DNA of 58,352 bases, counting the filler, from Thelocarpon superellum (Eukaryota), in the NCBI GenBank assembly GCA_026025795.1. It is 2 parts of 2 records of this genome, joined end to end, with 100 filler letters (N's around TTAATTAATTAA, not from the genome) between each part and the next. Parts side by side here need not be neighbours in the genome. Positions count along the whole stretch, not along the records: positions 29,305 to 58,352 come from JAPEUG010000226.1; 1 more part is not named here. One strand, written 5' to 3'. Below, in pieces: positions 45,700 through 57,327 of this stretch. The stretch's first letter is position 1. Every line of letters starts with the position of its first letter. The notes under the pieces are model-generated. The model worked only from the letters and a program-made list of their open reading frames with translations. It did not search any database and had not been told where the DNA came from. The position numbers and the translations under genes are program-made.

Positions 45700-46838
45700 T
45701 TAGACCGCGCTGAGGCCACCATCGAGATTTAGGACGCAGTTGTTCGCGTACGGATTTGATGCCAGGAATATGGCGGCGTCGGCAACTTCTTCCGCCTGGC
45801 CAAACCGGTTCAGGGGAATGGTGTTTCGGGCATCATCACGGGCTGCGGGGGTCATGTCTTTTCTGTATCTTAGCTCCCGCTGACCAAACAAATGCACATA
45901 CGATGGAGCATAGCACGCGTCTCGTACCGTCGGTCATCTGGGTCTCAACGTAGCCCGGGACGATGGCATTCACCCGAACATTCGACGGGCCAATCTCGGC
46001 CGCCAGCGACCGTGTGAGACCTGGAGGGCGCGGGCGTCAGCTCAGTCCCTTCTCCGCTCGGCATATCCGGCACGTCAAGGAGGTCGTACCGAGTAGGCCC
46101 GCCTTGGACGCCGCATACGCCACCGACCCTTTGCCACCTTTGACGCCAAGCAGCGAAGAAATGTTGATGATGCAGCCTGGAAGCATTCGTCAGCCGCGTC
46201 GCCCGCGCGTCCGTGCTTGACACCCAGGAGATGCGCACCCTTCCGACGACGGACCATATTCCGGCCCACGATCTGGCCCGCCCACACCGGCCCCATCAGA
46301 TTCGTGCGCACCACGCGCTCCACCAACTCGGGCTTCGTTGCCATCAGCAGCGAGTAGTGCGCCACGCCCGCCGCGTTGATCAGCACGTCTACGTCTTTCT
46401 ACGCGACGTGAAACGACGTCTCAGTTTCTCTAGACTCCTTTTTCCTATCTCGCACCACATTGAAGAGATGGGTGAAGAACGCACCAGATCACGTCCCACG
46501 CTCTCCCAGAAGTCCCGCTCGCCTACGTCCCCCACTCTCGTCCGCACCGAGACTTGCTGCGCACCAGACGAGGATGCGTCAAGGACTGTCTGGCGTGCCT
46601 TGTTCAACGATGAGCCGTCTCGGCCCACGAGGATGCAGGATGCTCCTAGTGCGGAGACGCGCGTGGCTATGGCAAGGCCGATTCCTCGAGAGGCGCCGGT
46701 GATGAGGCATTGTGAGGTTGCGAGGGAGCTGGGGTTGGAAGGCGAAAAAGAACTGTGAAGTCGAACAGTCTTGGGACAGGCGCGTTTGAGGAGAGACGAG
46801 CCCACATCCGGTTTTACGAGAGGGAGTCTGGGTGCCAT
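45700..46838 (-). CDS. Short-chain dehydrogenase, 3-oxoacyl-ACP reductase-like (probably mitochondrial)
   Basis: ITGASRGIG, LINAAG, IINISS, YAASK, VNAIVPGYVET, IPLNRFG...LNLDGG. About 4 introns. Confidence 0.88.
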
Positions 46839-47070
46839 TGGCGATGGGCTGTCTGGCTGTTGAGCGCCGGTTAGCGATGGTGACGATGTTTTTGCTGCCG
46901 TCGTCACGTAGTGCCACGACAAGTGAAGCTTAGCGTGACGGCTTTTGCCGGCAACGAAAGCGAACGCGTCCGCTCGGTCCGGCGATTCGGGCTTCGAGCT
47001 TCCTGGTGGTCCGTTTACTACGTTTTCCCCCCACCGCCTTCGTCACCAGTCTCGATACTTCCCTCACAAC

Positions 47071-47584
47071 ATGGCACTCAACGGCGACGAGCAGCGCCTT
47101 TCGGAATACGTCACACTAGTCTCCTCTGACGGCTTTGAATTCGTGGTGCGAAGAAGCGCAGCCAACGTATCAGGAGCGCTACGGCGGATGTTGGACACTC
47201 GAAGTTCGTCTGCTAGTCTCCTTTCCGTCTCCCTTTTCACTGACACGAACTCCGATCTCCAGGTGGTTTCTCCGAGGCTTTGCAAGGTCGATGTGTGTTG
47301 GAAAATATCAAGTACGTCGCTCCTCCTTTCCTCGCTCCCTACGTGCTGTGGTGGACGGGTGACTGACGGACAACACAGCGGCATCGTCCTTGAAAAGGTA
47401 TGCGAATACTTCTGCTACAATGAAAAGAATCAGAATGAGCGAGATGTGCCGGACATGGACATTCCGCCTGAACTCTGCTTGGAATTGTTGATGGCGGCCG
47501 ATTATCTCGATAGTAGGTCCCTCCAGCCCCGGAAGACATCATCTCGTGGATGCATATGCTAACACATTTCTGTGAATAGCCTGA
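47071..47584 (+). CDS. ELC1: Elongin C
   Basis: YVTLVSSDGFEFVV, VLEKVCEYFCYN, IPPELCLELLMAADYLD. Three introns; the final micro-exon ends at TGA 47582-47584. Confidence 0.93.
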
Positions 47585-47976
47585 GCATGATCGTTTGTCG
47601 TACCGGAGCTGAGACGGTTGATTTGGGATGATTTGGGATGTTTTGACGGCGTGAGCCATATGGGAATCAGGGATTTGGGACGCTCGGGACGACCAATGAA
47701 GTACTACGCCTGCATGTACTACCAAATGAACATGCAATAAGTCGGAGAGGTATCTGTCCAAGAATCCCAAACGCCCTCCTGGTGTAGGTCAGCCAGGCGC
47801 CATCTGAGCATATGCGCTTTACTCTGACACCTCCACGGGTCAAGCGTCTATAGAAGATGGTAGAAGAAGATCACTGTCCACATTCTATTCAACCGGCCCT
47901 CGCAAGACGCTATGCTGGCCTGGTTTTATTCCAGTGGAGACAAGCCGTAAGATTTCACCACGTCTCGGCACAGCAA

Positions 47977-49598
47977 TCACGTACGGCCTCTACCTCTACC
48001 TCTACCGCCGCCTCTCTTACCCCTTCTCACTTCACCACCTCTCTTCCCACCTCCCTTGGGCCGCTCATACATTTTCTCCTTTGCAAATGCGGCGTCGCTA
48101 ATGCGGAGATAACTGACGACGCCTGCGTCCACCACAGCTAGCAAGACGTTTCGATATCCGTGCTTTAGGCGCGCGATTGACTTGGTAGGCCCGCCCATGT
48201 GTTCCGGCGGCGGCTGGTAGGGCGTGCTGGCCATGAGGGCCGAGATCTGCGATAGCGTAGGCAGAGGATCATCTCGGGCCGAGACCACAGCAATCCTATA
48301 GTCCGGTGGACCGGGCATCGATTTCTTGAAATCTGGCTGTGGCTTCCAGACGTGAAAGGCGACGCGGAAGGGTACAGTGGAAGGTGGTGGGGTGGAAAAT
48401 GCCGGTGCGGTTGCTGTCGCTGTCGTTGCGGGTGACGATGCAGCGAGGGTGGGGTCATGCGAAGGGATCGCAGAAAGGAGACGATAAATCTGATCTGTGA
48501 ATCATCAGTACCGCCACGACTTGCTTCACGTATTCGACTGCCTTACTGTAGCTCCGGTACAGGCCCGGCGCGACAAGCGGACCGGCGGGTGGAGGGTCCG
48601 TCTCGCCTTTGGGAAAGATGGAGGTCAAGATCCGGTCGAACAGAGCGGGAAGACCATGGGGCGAGAGGGCATTCTGAGAGGCGGTCGAATGCGTCTGTAT
48701 TGGGGGTGAAGATGGAGCTTCCTTGTCACCTTCATCATCATCGTGATCTTCGCTCTCATCAGTCCACGTCGGCGCCCTCATAACCACATATCCACTTCTC
48801 TTCAGCCCGGCATAGACATTCCACCGCTCCAGCCCGATCTTCCCGCTCGCTTCATCCCCAATACAGACTGCGTACGCACCCTGTAAGCTCATGGGGATAC
48901 CTTGTCCGCCTGTCTGCCCCTCTCCCTCTTCCCCTATCTCCCCCCTCTCCCCCTCATCCTCTCCCTCTCCTTTTTCCTTTCTCCATCCCTTTCCCCTTAA
49001 CCCCTCCCCTTCCCCCTCCTCTTCTCCTCCCGCTCTTTCCTCCCCACCACCCCATCTAACATCCAACCCGCCCCTCTCAAGCAAGTACAGCATCTCCTCA
49101 GGCAGCAGCCAAGTGACGCCATCTCGCGCGGCCCTCCCCATCGTTTTGAAAAGCGATCCCCGCGGGCGCGGTACCGCACACTGGCTACGCGCCGCGTACC
49201 AGTGGCCCAGGACGTGCGACTTGGGGAGGTGCACGCGCGTACTGCTCAGCGCGGCGTGCATTGCATCGCGACTTGCGGCCAGTAGCGCTGCCTGGTGTGC
49301 CGTGCCGTGGGGTTCGAAGTCTTTTTCGCCCCGGCGTGGAATGGTCGGGTGGTCGGTGCTGGTGGGAGGTTAGTTGGTGCTGACCGCGACAAATATCTTC
49401 CAGCGTGCCACGTAAGGGATTGTCGTAGGGTGGAAGTGAGGCAAGATCAGGCAGGATGGAGAGGGAGCGGGAGGATGAGGGGGATATCTACCCTGTCAAC
49501 GTGGAGAGGAACCGGAAATCTTGCGTTTCGTCCGAGAGGTCGATCTCTGTTGGATCAGGGGGAGCGATGCGCACTTCGTCTTCCTCCAGGTCGGCCAT
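47977..49598 (-). CDS. SEN54: tRNA-splicing endonuclease subunit
   Basis: DLSDETQDFRFL, IPRRGEKDFEPHGT, LLPEEMLYLLERG, VYAGLKRSGYVV, FHVWKP..FKKS.PGPPDYRI, RLKHGYRNVLLAVVDAGVVSY. Two introns. Confidence 0.93.
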
Positions 49599-50966
49599 GT
49601 TTGCGATGTGCGGTTTGCCGCTCCAAGTCAACTCGGGAGAGAAAATACGGCGGGTCAACAGATGTCGCTTCTGGAGGAAAGCTCGAAACCACTCTCGATA
49701 CTTGAGGAAGCAAATGCAGAAAGGATACAAGAAGCCTCGCTTTTCTTCCCTTCTAATCTCACGCGCAAGCTTCACAACCCGAAGGCTGAAAGGATCTTTG
49801 CACCAGGTCTTTGGTTTCGTTGCATGGTGTTGTCCCTCGCCGAAGTGAAAGGATGGTCTTGGGAGATGAGTCGCCGCCGGAGCTGTAAGTCGGAATCTCT
49901 CGCCAATTTTGTCCGTTTGATCACTTTCGGAATGACTCCACCACGTCCTGGTTACTTCTCGAGCTGTCTGATGCGTGGGAATATTCATGGATTTATGGAG
50001 ACCAGGTGGATCATAGAAGTCTACAAATTCTTTGAAATCACCTGACAAAGAGAACATCCATGCCGTTGAAAATCAACCCTGCTTTACATCATGCTAATCT
50101 CGGCGCCAACCGGTCACTGGAAATTCCCGCGTCACCCAATTACAGCCAGCGACCCTATTCATGTCTTCGGCCGTTCCAGTCCATAGCATGATGGGCAAAT
50201 GGGTCGGTAGGACTTCATCAGAAGATAACACCTGTGCCATGGGAAAGGCGGTGCAGCTGGTGGATGGCCTCAGCAAAAGATGGCCACTTTGTCAAAGCTC
50301 TACTAGAAGCATTCCAGGTATTTGACGCGAAAAGTCAAGCGACCCTGAGCGCCCCTGATTTACCGGGATTGAGAAGTACAGAGGGATCACCAGAGACGAC
50401 GATTGTCGTCAAACAGGCGCATGCATGGACCCACGGTCATGTTGTTTGCACCACAACACCCGGGGCTCCCTGCATTCACTCGGCAGGAGCGGGCGGGTAG
50501 CGCAAGCCGGCAAGGATTGTCTGGTGCGCGGTTGTGTAAGGAGTGTCTAGCAGACCGTCGTTGCTGGACCCTTGCCCCGCCACAATTCACGTCACGTCAC
50601 GCCACCTTTCCGAGGGTAAGCGAGCCCCACCAATCCTTTTCTACTTCCTCCCGCGGTTCTGTCATACATTTCCACAACGCTCCAACTCCCACTTCCATCC
50701 TTCGCATCAGACCGCTCGAACAGATCCACTCGCGACAGGACTAACTGAACAACAGACCTCATCACTCGCCGAATACTGGTCTGCTTACCTTGGCTGATAC
50801 TCTTGATTGCCGTGTCATCTGGTTGCTTCCATCGTCGCTGACACGACCAGGATCTCCAAAAATCTCCTCTGCTCGCTGGACCTGACCGCTCACCTGCCTT
50901 CTCTTCCGCAGGACTTCCTTCGCCCCTCACCCATCCTCTTCGTTCAAGCCCAGGTGTCCAGCCATC

Positions 50967-51182
50967 ATGTCTGCTCGGCAGTCAGGCCAAGTGAAGTGGT
51001 TCAACGAGTCCAAGGGCTTCGGGTTCATCACCCCGGCCGACGGCTCCAAAGATGTTTTTGTGCACTTCAGCGCCATCCAGGGCGCGGGGTTCAAGACGCT
51101 AGCCGAGGGCCAGAACGTCGAGTTTGAGATCGAAGATGGTCAGAAGGGTCCGACCGCGGTCCGAGTCACGCCCATCGTCTAG
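50967..51182 (+). CDS. Stand-alone bacterial-type cold-shock protein (CspC/CspA family), 71 aa
   Basis: RNP1 KGFGFI and RNP2 VFVHF in [54 protein letters not shown]. Kozak-like GCCATCATG context. Confidence 0.96.
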   Translation: MSARQSGQVKWFNESKGFGFITPADGSKDVFVHFSAIQGAGFKTLAEGQNVEFEIEDGQKGPTAVRVTPIV

Positions 51183-51494
51183 GCAGACCGGGCGGGGATG
51201 CGGCACAGCGGTAAGCTCTTCTCCCGCATGACGGCCAGGCCCTTTCCCATCTTCTCGCTGACTCTCATCTCTTGTCTCGCCTCAGTGCGAATGGGCGAAG
51301 GTCAACGGATACGATGCGATGTAACGGCAATGCGGTGGTACCGCGCGGATTACCTGATTGCTACCACACGGTCGAATTATTCTTTTCCTTTGCCCTCTTA
51401 GTGTAGCGGCGGGCGGATCGAGCCGGGCTGCGGCACCGTGTCGCATCCCTTCCCTTGAGCGACGGATACGATGGTGATGAGGACGCGATGGCAC

Positions 51495-51530
51495 GACGGA
51501 CCACGAAGACGGACCACGACGACGGACCAC
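51495..51530. repeat. 13-bp-period repeat with GACGGACCAC core, 3 copies
   Basis: Cores start at 51495, 51508 and 51521. Confidence 0.8.
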
Positions 51531-51805
51531 AAAGATGCGAGACGTGAACACGAGGAACGGACGGACGAAGAAGGGGAAAAGCAAAACTCATGATGACAAC
51601 TGGGCCATAGTCAGAACAGGGCAAGGAGCAGGGCAAGGATCATTTCGTTAGCAGCTCGGTCATTGACAAGACACACACCATCCTAGTGCGGAGCAGGGCA
51701 AATCAATCAATCATCACTATGCGGAATGGGGAACGGGGTTTCGTCGTGCTCCTCACATCGTGATGTAGACGGTCGAACGGCTCGTGTATCAGACGCGACC
51801 GCATA

Positions 51806-52379
51806 ATGTTGTCCCGTCTAGTACCGGTAAGTAAGCTGCGACCAGATCCAGAGTCATGAAAGCCATGCGTTCATATCCCTCTCTCTTCCTCTCTCGGTCT
51901 CTCCCTAAGTTTTACTCGGACATTATTCATAACAATAGAGCATCAGCTCCAAGCTCAAAGTCCGTCCGATGCCCCAGCAGGGACATCATCATGAGCACGT
52001 AGAGACCAGTCTCCATGCGGACGAGCACGAGCACGCGAAGATGGAAGAGAAGGGAAAACCAATCCCCCGTGAACTCCTTCCCGCTGCCCAAATTCAATCC
52101 ATCAATCAGCCGTACGCGGGCCCCTCCGAGAATATACGTAGCAGAAAGTCGAGGTATCGCTTAACGCCTGCTCCGCCTTCTTTACCTCCCTTTCCCTTCC
52201 CTCCCCTTCCCTTTCTTTTCTGCCCCTTTCCTCCTTGTTCGCTTCCTCGCTTCTTCGTCTTCCTCTTCTGGAGGTCGTATGAGGAGATGGAACTCATGTG
52301 TCGTCCTGAGACTGCAAGACATTCATCTGTCGCCTTGGTCGCGCAGTTTCGTGAGATCATGTGGCGACACGGATGGTAG
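51806..52379 (+). CDS. Small 3-exon hypothetical protein, 98 aa, with a His-rich segment
   Basis: Exons 51806-51826, 51939-52153 and 52319-52379 (donors GTAAGT and GTATCG) give MLSRLVPSISSKLKVRPMPQQGHHHEHVETSLHADEHEHAKME...AQFREIMWRHGW*. Confidence 0.5.
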
Positions 52380-52576
52380 TAGTGGTATTGGCCGTGTTGG
52401 TGACGATGGCGATGACGATGGGATGACAAGAGGTGTGTATGATGGTAAAGGCTCCAATATGAACAACACGCCGTAGATGGAACGCGCCACAACTCCATAT
52501 GGTGGGAGAGACATGAGCCGAGACGGCGACGGAGATGCTGATTGTGTCGCAAATGGGTGGAGATCCCTCCGTCGCA

Positions 52577-53910
52577 CTACTCAATCAATGGCTTCTTCGT
52601 CTTTCCAATCACCGTCAAGCCAAGGGAATGTAATGCGTTGTAGTCGTGCGCGCGGATGATGGTGGGCGCAGGCAGCATGGGATTGTCGGCGTTGACGTGG
52701 GCCGCGTCCTTGGCCGCTTGTTCGATCGCGTCCATCTCCAACTTGCAGTCCGCGTGGTCGTGGGGACAGACGACGATCGGTTGTCGGAGGATGATGTCTT
52801 TGGCGGAGTTCAGGTGCGCCTGGAGTACTCGGTCAGCGGCGGAAACCACGGGGTATAACGACCCACCTACCTTGACGGTGAGGAAATACTCAATCTTGTA
52901 CAGCGATCCCGTCGTCGTGAACCCACTGACGGAGTACATGGGAAACGCCGGTTTGCCCCGCGGTATCACGCCATCGGCGTCCCGAGTGTCTTTGGCGGGA
53001 AAGACCAAGCCCAGGTTGGTGAGGTAGCCCGCCTCAGGCATCTTCACTCCCACCGTCTGCGTCTGCTTCGCCAGTCGATTGACCTTCTTGGTCGGTTCGT
53101 CTCCCTCGTGGTTGTACGTAATCTCCTCCTCGATCCCAATCGTGATCTGCTTGATCGTCACCCGCTTGGCCTTGATCAGCCAGTCGGGATTGGGCGACAG
53201 CTTGATGTAGACGCTGACCGGGTCCAAAGGGCCGTAGGACCACCGTGGTAACGAGATGCCCAGCGTCACCAGATGGTCTGATACCCGCTCCGCCGATTCG
53301 GGCCGGTTGTACATGCCAAAAGTCGACATGGTGTCATATCGTGAGATGGGTACGGGAAACGCATATTTCTTCTGTTCCTGGTGTCCTTGTTGTACCGTCA
53401 CCACCAGTTCATAGTACGTCTCCGCCGTTCGCGATGGTAGTTGCAGCGACGCTGGCGGTACCCGTCGCGCCGTCTCCTCGCCCCCGCGTCCAAAGGGGAT
53501 GAAGAGCACAAAGGGGAGGTCCATGCAGAGGACATTCTCATACTCCCTGCCGGACGCACATCGAAAGAGGAGCATCTCCTTGCCCACGATGTCGGTGATC
53601 TCTTTGCGCGGTGCCGTCAGATGCTTCTTCGTCACCGAGTCCGCCGATGGATGGATCGTCTCGCGCCGGATCAGGGCAATTGTGATGAGCGAGATGGCCA
53701 CAGGGGCCGAGATGCCTTCCCCGGGTCGCACCTCGACCTTGCCTTCGATGCGCGGCTACATCCGCCCGCCCGTATCAGTTCCTCCGCGTCCGCGCATCAC
53801 CTCCAAGCCTCCACGGAGAGGGAGAAGCTCACCAAGGTTGCTGAGATGCCTGGATACCCCACCAAGTAGTTGCTGTTGGGTGGTCCCGACACCCGGACGA
53901 ATGCCGCCAT
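52577..53910 (-). CDS. Arrestin-fold protein (resembles S. pombe Art1-type fungal arrestins)
   Basis: VRVSGPPNSNYLVGYPGISATL/PRIEGKVEVR, MDLPFVLFIP, PPASLQLP..AETYYEL, YDTMSTFGMY, FTTTGSLYKIEY. Two introns (second at 52820-52870). Confidence 0.8.
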
Positions 53911-54694
53911 CCTCGCCCGGAAGGCTGCACGCCGCGTCAGTGAGCCGTCGACTCCTTGGGGCTGCGCACCGAGGGGCGCGAGTGCGACGTACGGCCCGTG
54001 GGCCAGATTGGAGGCGCGCCGGAATTGCAAGGGCCGCCTCCGGGCGGAGCAGGACTAGGTTATGCTTTGCGACTCGGCCGATGACGGAGAGGTCCGTCGA
54101 CGCTTCGAGTGAACCATGTACAATGGAGGCGGCAACTTCCTGGAGCGACGCAGGAAGCGTGTGGTGCGGGGCGGGGGCTGTGCGGACGAACTGGCGATGC
54201 GGCCGTCCGAGGGCGTCGGGCAAATGTCGGTGGGCGGTAGGAAAGGAGGGCCGATGAATCAGACAGCCTGCGTGGCACCGTGGCTGGTGACGAGCGTCGG
54301 AGGGTGCAAGCGCGTGCTGGTAGGTAGCCAGCCAGCCAGGTGAGGGCCCCCGGCGTCTCTACTGGTGCTTCTCGGTGTGTAGCGAACCACGGCCTACGAC
54401 GATACCAACACAACCGGAGTTCGGGTGCCAGCTTGTCCCTCCCAAGACCCGACAGCCCAGTCAGTGGCGCTTGGCAGCGGTGGGTGAGGTGGTCTGGGCT
54501 CCCCCGCTAGAACTGCAGCTAGGATGCGGCGCATCCGAGGGGGCCATTCGAGTAACAAACTACTTAGCAGGAAGGCAAACGACGTAAAGTCGCTCGATTA
54601 TCATGCAGCACAACTTGATCCGTACTGTTGACGATCCGTCTTCTCTGCTTGCCGGGGCTCGAGGCCAGAAAGATGCTCGTGCGAGCATCACGCA

Positions 54695-55364
54695 ATGTCT
54701 GTCACGGTAGGCGTGGACTGAAGTGCACAAGTCGCCGGATGTTCCATCCTCAGCTGACTCGTTCTTCTGCTAGGTGCATACGAACGTCGGTGACCTGAAG
54801 ATAGAAATCTTCTGCGAGAGCGTCCCCAAAACCGCCGAGGTATGCGTGTGGCCCTCGGCGATCCACACACAAGACTAAGCGCGGTGCAGAACTTCCTTGC
54901 ACTGTGTGCATCGTCATATTATGATCAGACCAACTTTCATCGAAACATCCCCGGATTCATGATCCAGGGTGGCGATCCCACCGGCAAAGGCAAGGGCGGC
55001 GAATCCATCTACGGCCCGCACTTCGAGGACGAGATTAAACCGGCGTTGCGACATAATGGCCGGGGTGTGGTAAGCATGGCCAATCGTGGTCCAAATACCA
55101 ATGGCAGTCAATGGTTCATCGCATACGCTGCGGCTCCGCACCTGGATGGCAAGAATACGGTGTTTGGCAAGGTAAGGGATTCAGGTGTACTTTTCTGGCT
55201 ACATTGCCTTGGCTCGTTCGCTTACATGGGCTTCACAGCTCCTTGATGGGAAAGATACGACACTAGATGTGATGGAGAAGAGGGAGGTGGACAAGAAGGG
55301 TCGACCCCTGGAGCCCATCACGATCAAGAGCATTACGATTCATGCCAACCCTCTGGCACAATGA
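54695..55364 (+). CDS. PPIL3: Cyclophilin, peptidyl-prolyl isomerase-like 3
   Basis: [51 protein letters not shown]...[12 protein letters not shown]...ITIHANPLA. Three introns. Confidence 0.93.
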
Positions 55365-55505
55365 TCTCAACGCTTGAAGCGACTGTTATCAACGCCTTCA
55401 CATGCGGATATAAACACATTATTGGAAGCACCGCACCGCGGCGCCGTCCGAACGCCAACACCACCCAGATCATGCTCCTCCGCAGGCGCTGGTCAGCAAT
55501 GAACG

Positions 55506-57127
55506 TCACGCCTGCTCATGCTCAAGCTCATGCTCTTTGGATGGCACGTGGAGCTCCTCGTCTTTGATCTCGTAACCCTCGACCTTGATGTCATTCAAGC
55601 CGAGGTCCTCCTTTTCATCTTCGGTCCGTTCGTAGTCCTCGATGACCATCTGCGGGTCGGGGTCTGGTGTCCGGAGATTCTGAACATAGCTGGCGGCCAA
55701 AGGATCTTCAAGCACGATGCTGAATTTCATCTCGGCCCGGATGGCCTTGCCAAGGTTGTCGAAAAAAGTCCCCCACGCCGTCTTTTCCTGTGACGCCATC
55801 GAATCTCCCGTCTTTGTGCCTTCGCCGAAGACATCGAACACCTGAGAGTGGAGATCATCCCGAATCTGGGTCAGGAGGCCTTCCAACGTGGTGAATCGTC
55901 CACCCAGCGTGCCGGGATTGACGGCGAGGTCGAGTTCGGGGCAAGAGAGGGCGCACGATTCGGATTTGAGCACGTCCCGGCCAAGATCTTCCGGCCCCTG
56001 CACGTGCAGCGTAATTCGACGACCTTGGGACGGCACCAAGCCGCCCGTCTTGACCTCATTACTCCGATCTAGAATCGACATCAGCAGGACAATAGACCCG
56101 TGCTTGTCTTGAGACTCACAGCCGCACAAATGGCAGACCGTGCTCATGATCACCACCTCTTTGAAGTGTGGGATGTTGACCATCTTCATGTGGGTGGAGC
56201 ATGGTCTGGTGCACGAGGGACAGCTGGCGGGAAACGAATACACTTCATCCGGCACGATCTCAGATTGAAACGCCTCCCCGACGCCACCGGCCGAAGTGGT
56301 CTTCTCCGTCGGTGGTGCTACGGCAGGTTCAGGCAATGACAAGGCCTCGTTCTGTTCCGGTGATCGGCGGTACTGTGTGCGAGTCCATCGGTGATCTACA
56401 TTGTTCGGAGACGGCTGTATCATAGAGTTTCCCGCTGGATCATCTAGGAGCAGGGTCAGGGGGAAGTGCTCCCCTGCCATAAAGGCTTTTCCTCGCGTGA
56501 TGACTGTGTCCAGTTCCGCGTGTAGCGTCGGGTCCAGCGTCTGTCTCGCTGGCTGTGCCAACTCCAAGTCGTCGATGATCATCGTCAAGAGACTCTCGAT
56601 GTTGGTGATCTGCCCTCGACCCGACGGGATCTCCACGTCGAGTTCAAGGAACTTGGCGATGCATGTTTCGCTTTTGATCACCTGCCGGGAGAAGTCCTCC
56701 ATCCCATGGAGTACGAAGCTGTAGCGACGTCCGAACTCTTGAATCTTGCCCGCCGACTGAATGTTGGAGTCTTTGAAGTGGCAATGAGGGCAGGCGAAGG
56801 AGGACAGGATCACTTCGTGGAAGTAGGGGATCCGAGTAAGTAGCAAGCGTGTTGTACCCTAGATCTCCATCACGCACGTCAGCGGGATCGCTCTTCGGTC
56901 TCCCTAGGCATCATCTAACCCCCTACATTTTCGTGGCAGTTCATGCAGAGACTCTCAATCTCATCTACTGGCTGAAGTTCGCCCTCGCTTTCGCTTTGCC
57001 CCACCTGGAGTGATTCCACTTTTTGCCCCACGCTCTCAAATAGCTCCGTCTCGTAATTCTCACTCCCCGACCCGGCAGCAGATTGGGCGTTCGCATTCAT
57101 CTGGCTCTGATTCTGTTGGTCGGCCAT
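55506..57127 (-). CDS. ZPR1: Zinc finger protein ZPR1 (eEF1A chaperone)
   Basis: IESLCMNCHEN/G.TRLLLTRIPYFHEV..SFACPHC; second finger CPSC...CHLCG; GTLGGRFTTLEGLL. Introns at about 56859-56924 and 56069-56119. Confidence 0.96.
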
Positions 57128-57327
57128 CGCCGCGTGGTTGAGGTCGCAATGCGGTCGTCGCTCTTGGATGATGTTGAGTTTTGTGGCGGGGTACTGGGTG
57201 CAGAAAAGTCCACGTCGTGACGGTGACGCAGCGCCATTCGCTTAGCGTCGGATCAGCCTCGAATTTGTGGTGCGGTTCCTGGGCAGGGTGGGCTGATCAT
57301 GATCAAGACTTGAGAAGGTCACGGATA

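Noticed and set aside
41126..47584. F-box, UBA2 and Elongin C as a ubiquitin-like gene cluster
   Set aside because: They act in different pathways (SCF, SUMO, Elongin-cullin), so proximity is plausibly chance in a dense genome.
50090..50100. U6-like AGATTAGCATG on the minus strand
   Set aside because: Only 11 nt match, with no ACAGAGA box or downstream GCCCC stem.
51495..51530. Short direct repeats as a CRISPR-like array
   Set aside because: Period is 13 with only 3-nt spacers, the context is eukaryotic, and there are no cas genes.
51636..51646. U3 box A-like AGGATCATTTC
   Set aside because: The following TATAG and boxes B/C/D are not recognisable.
29434..56119. Several stop-free introns with length divisible by 3 (29434-29481, 40029-40082, 43530-43595, 52820-52870, 56069-56119)
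   Set aside because: Expected at this frequency for short GC-rich introns. They only explain why the ORF track reads through them.
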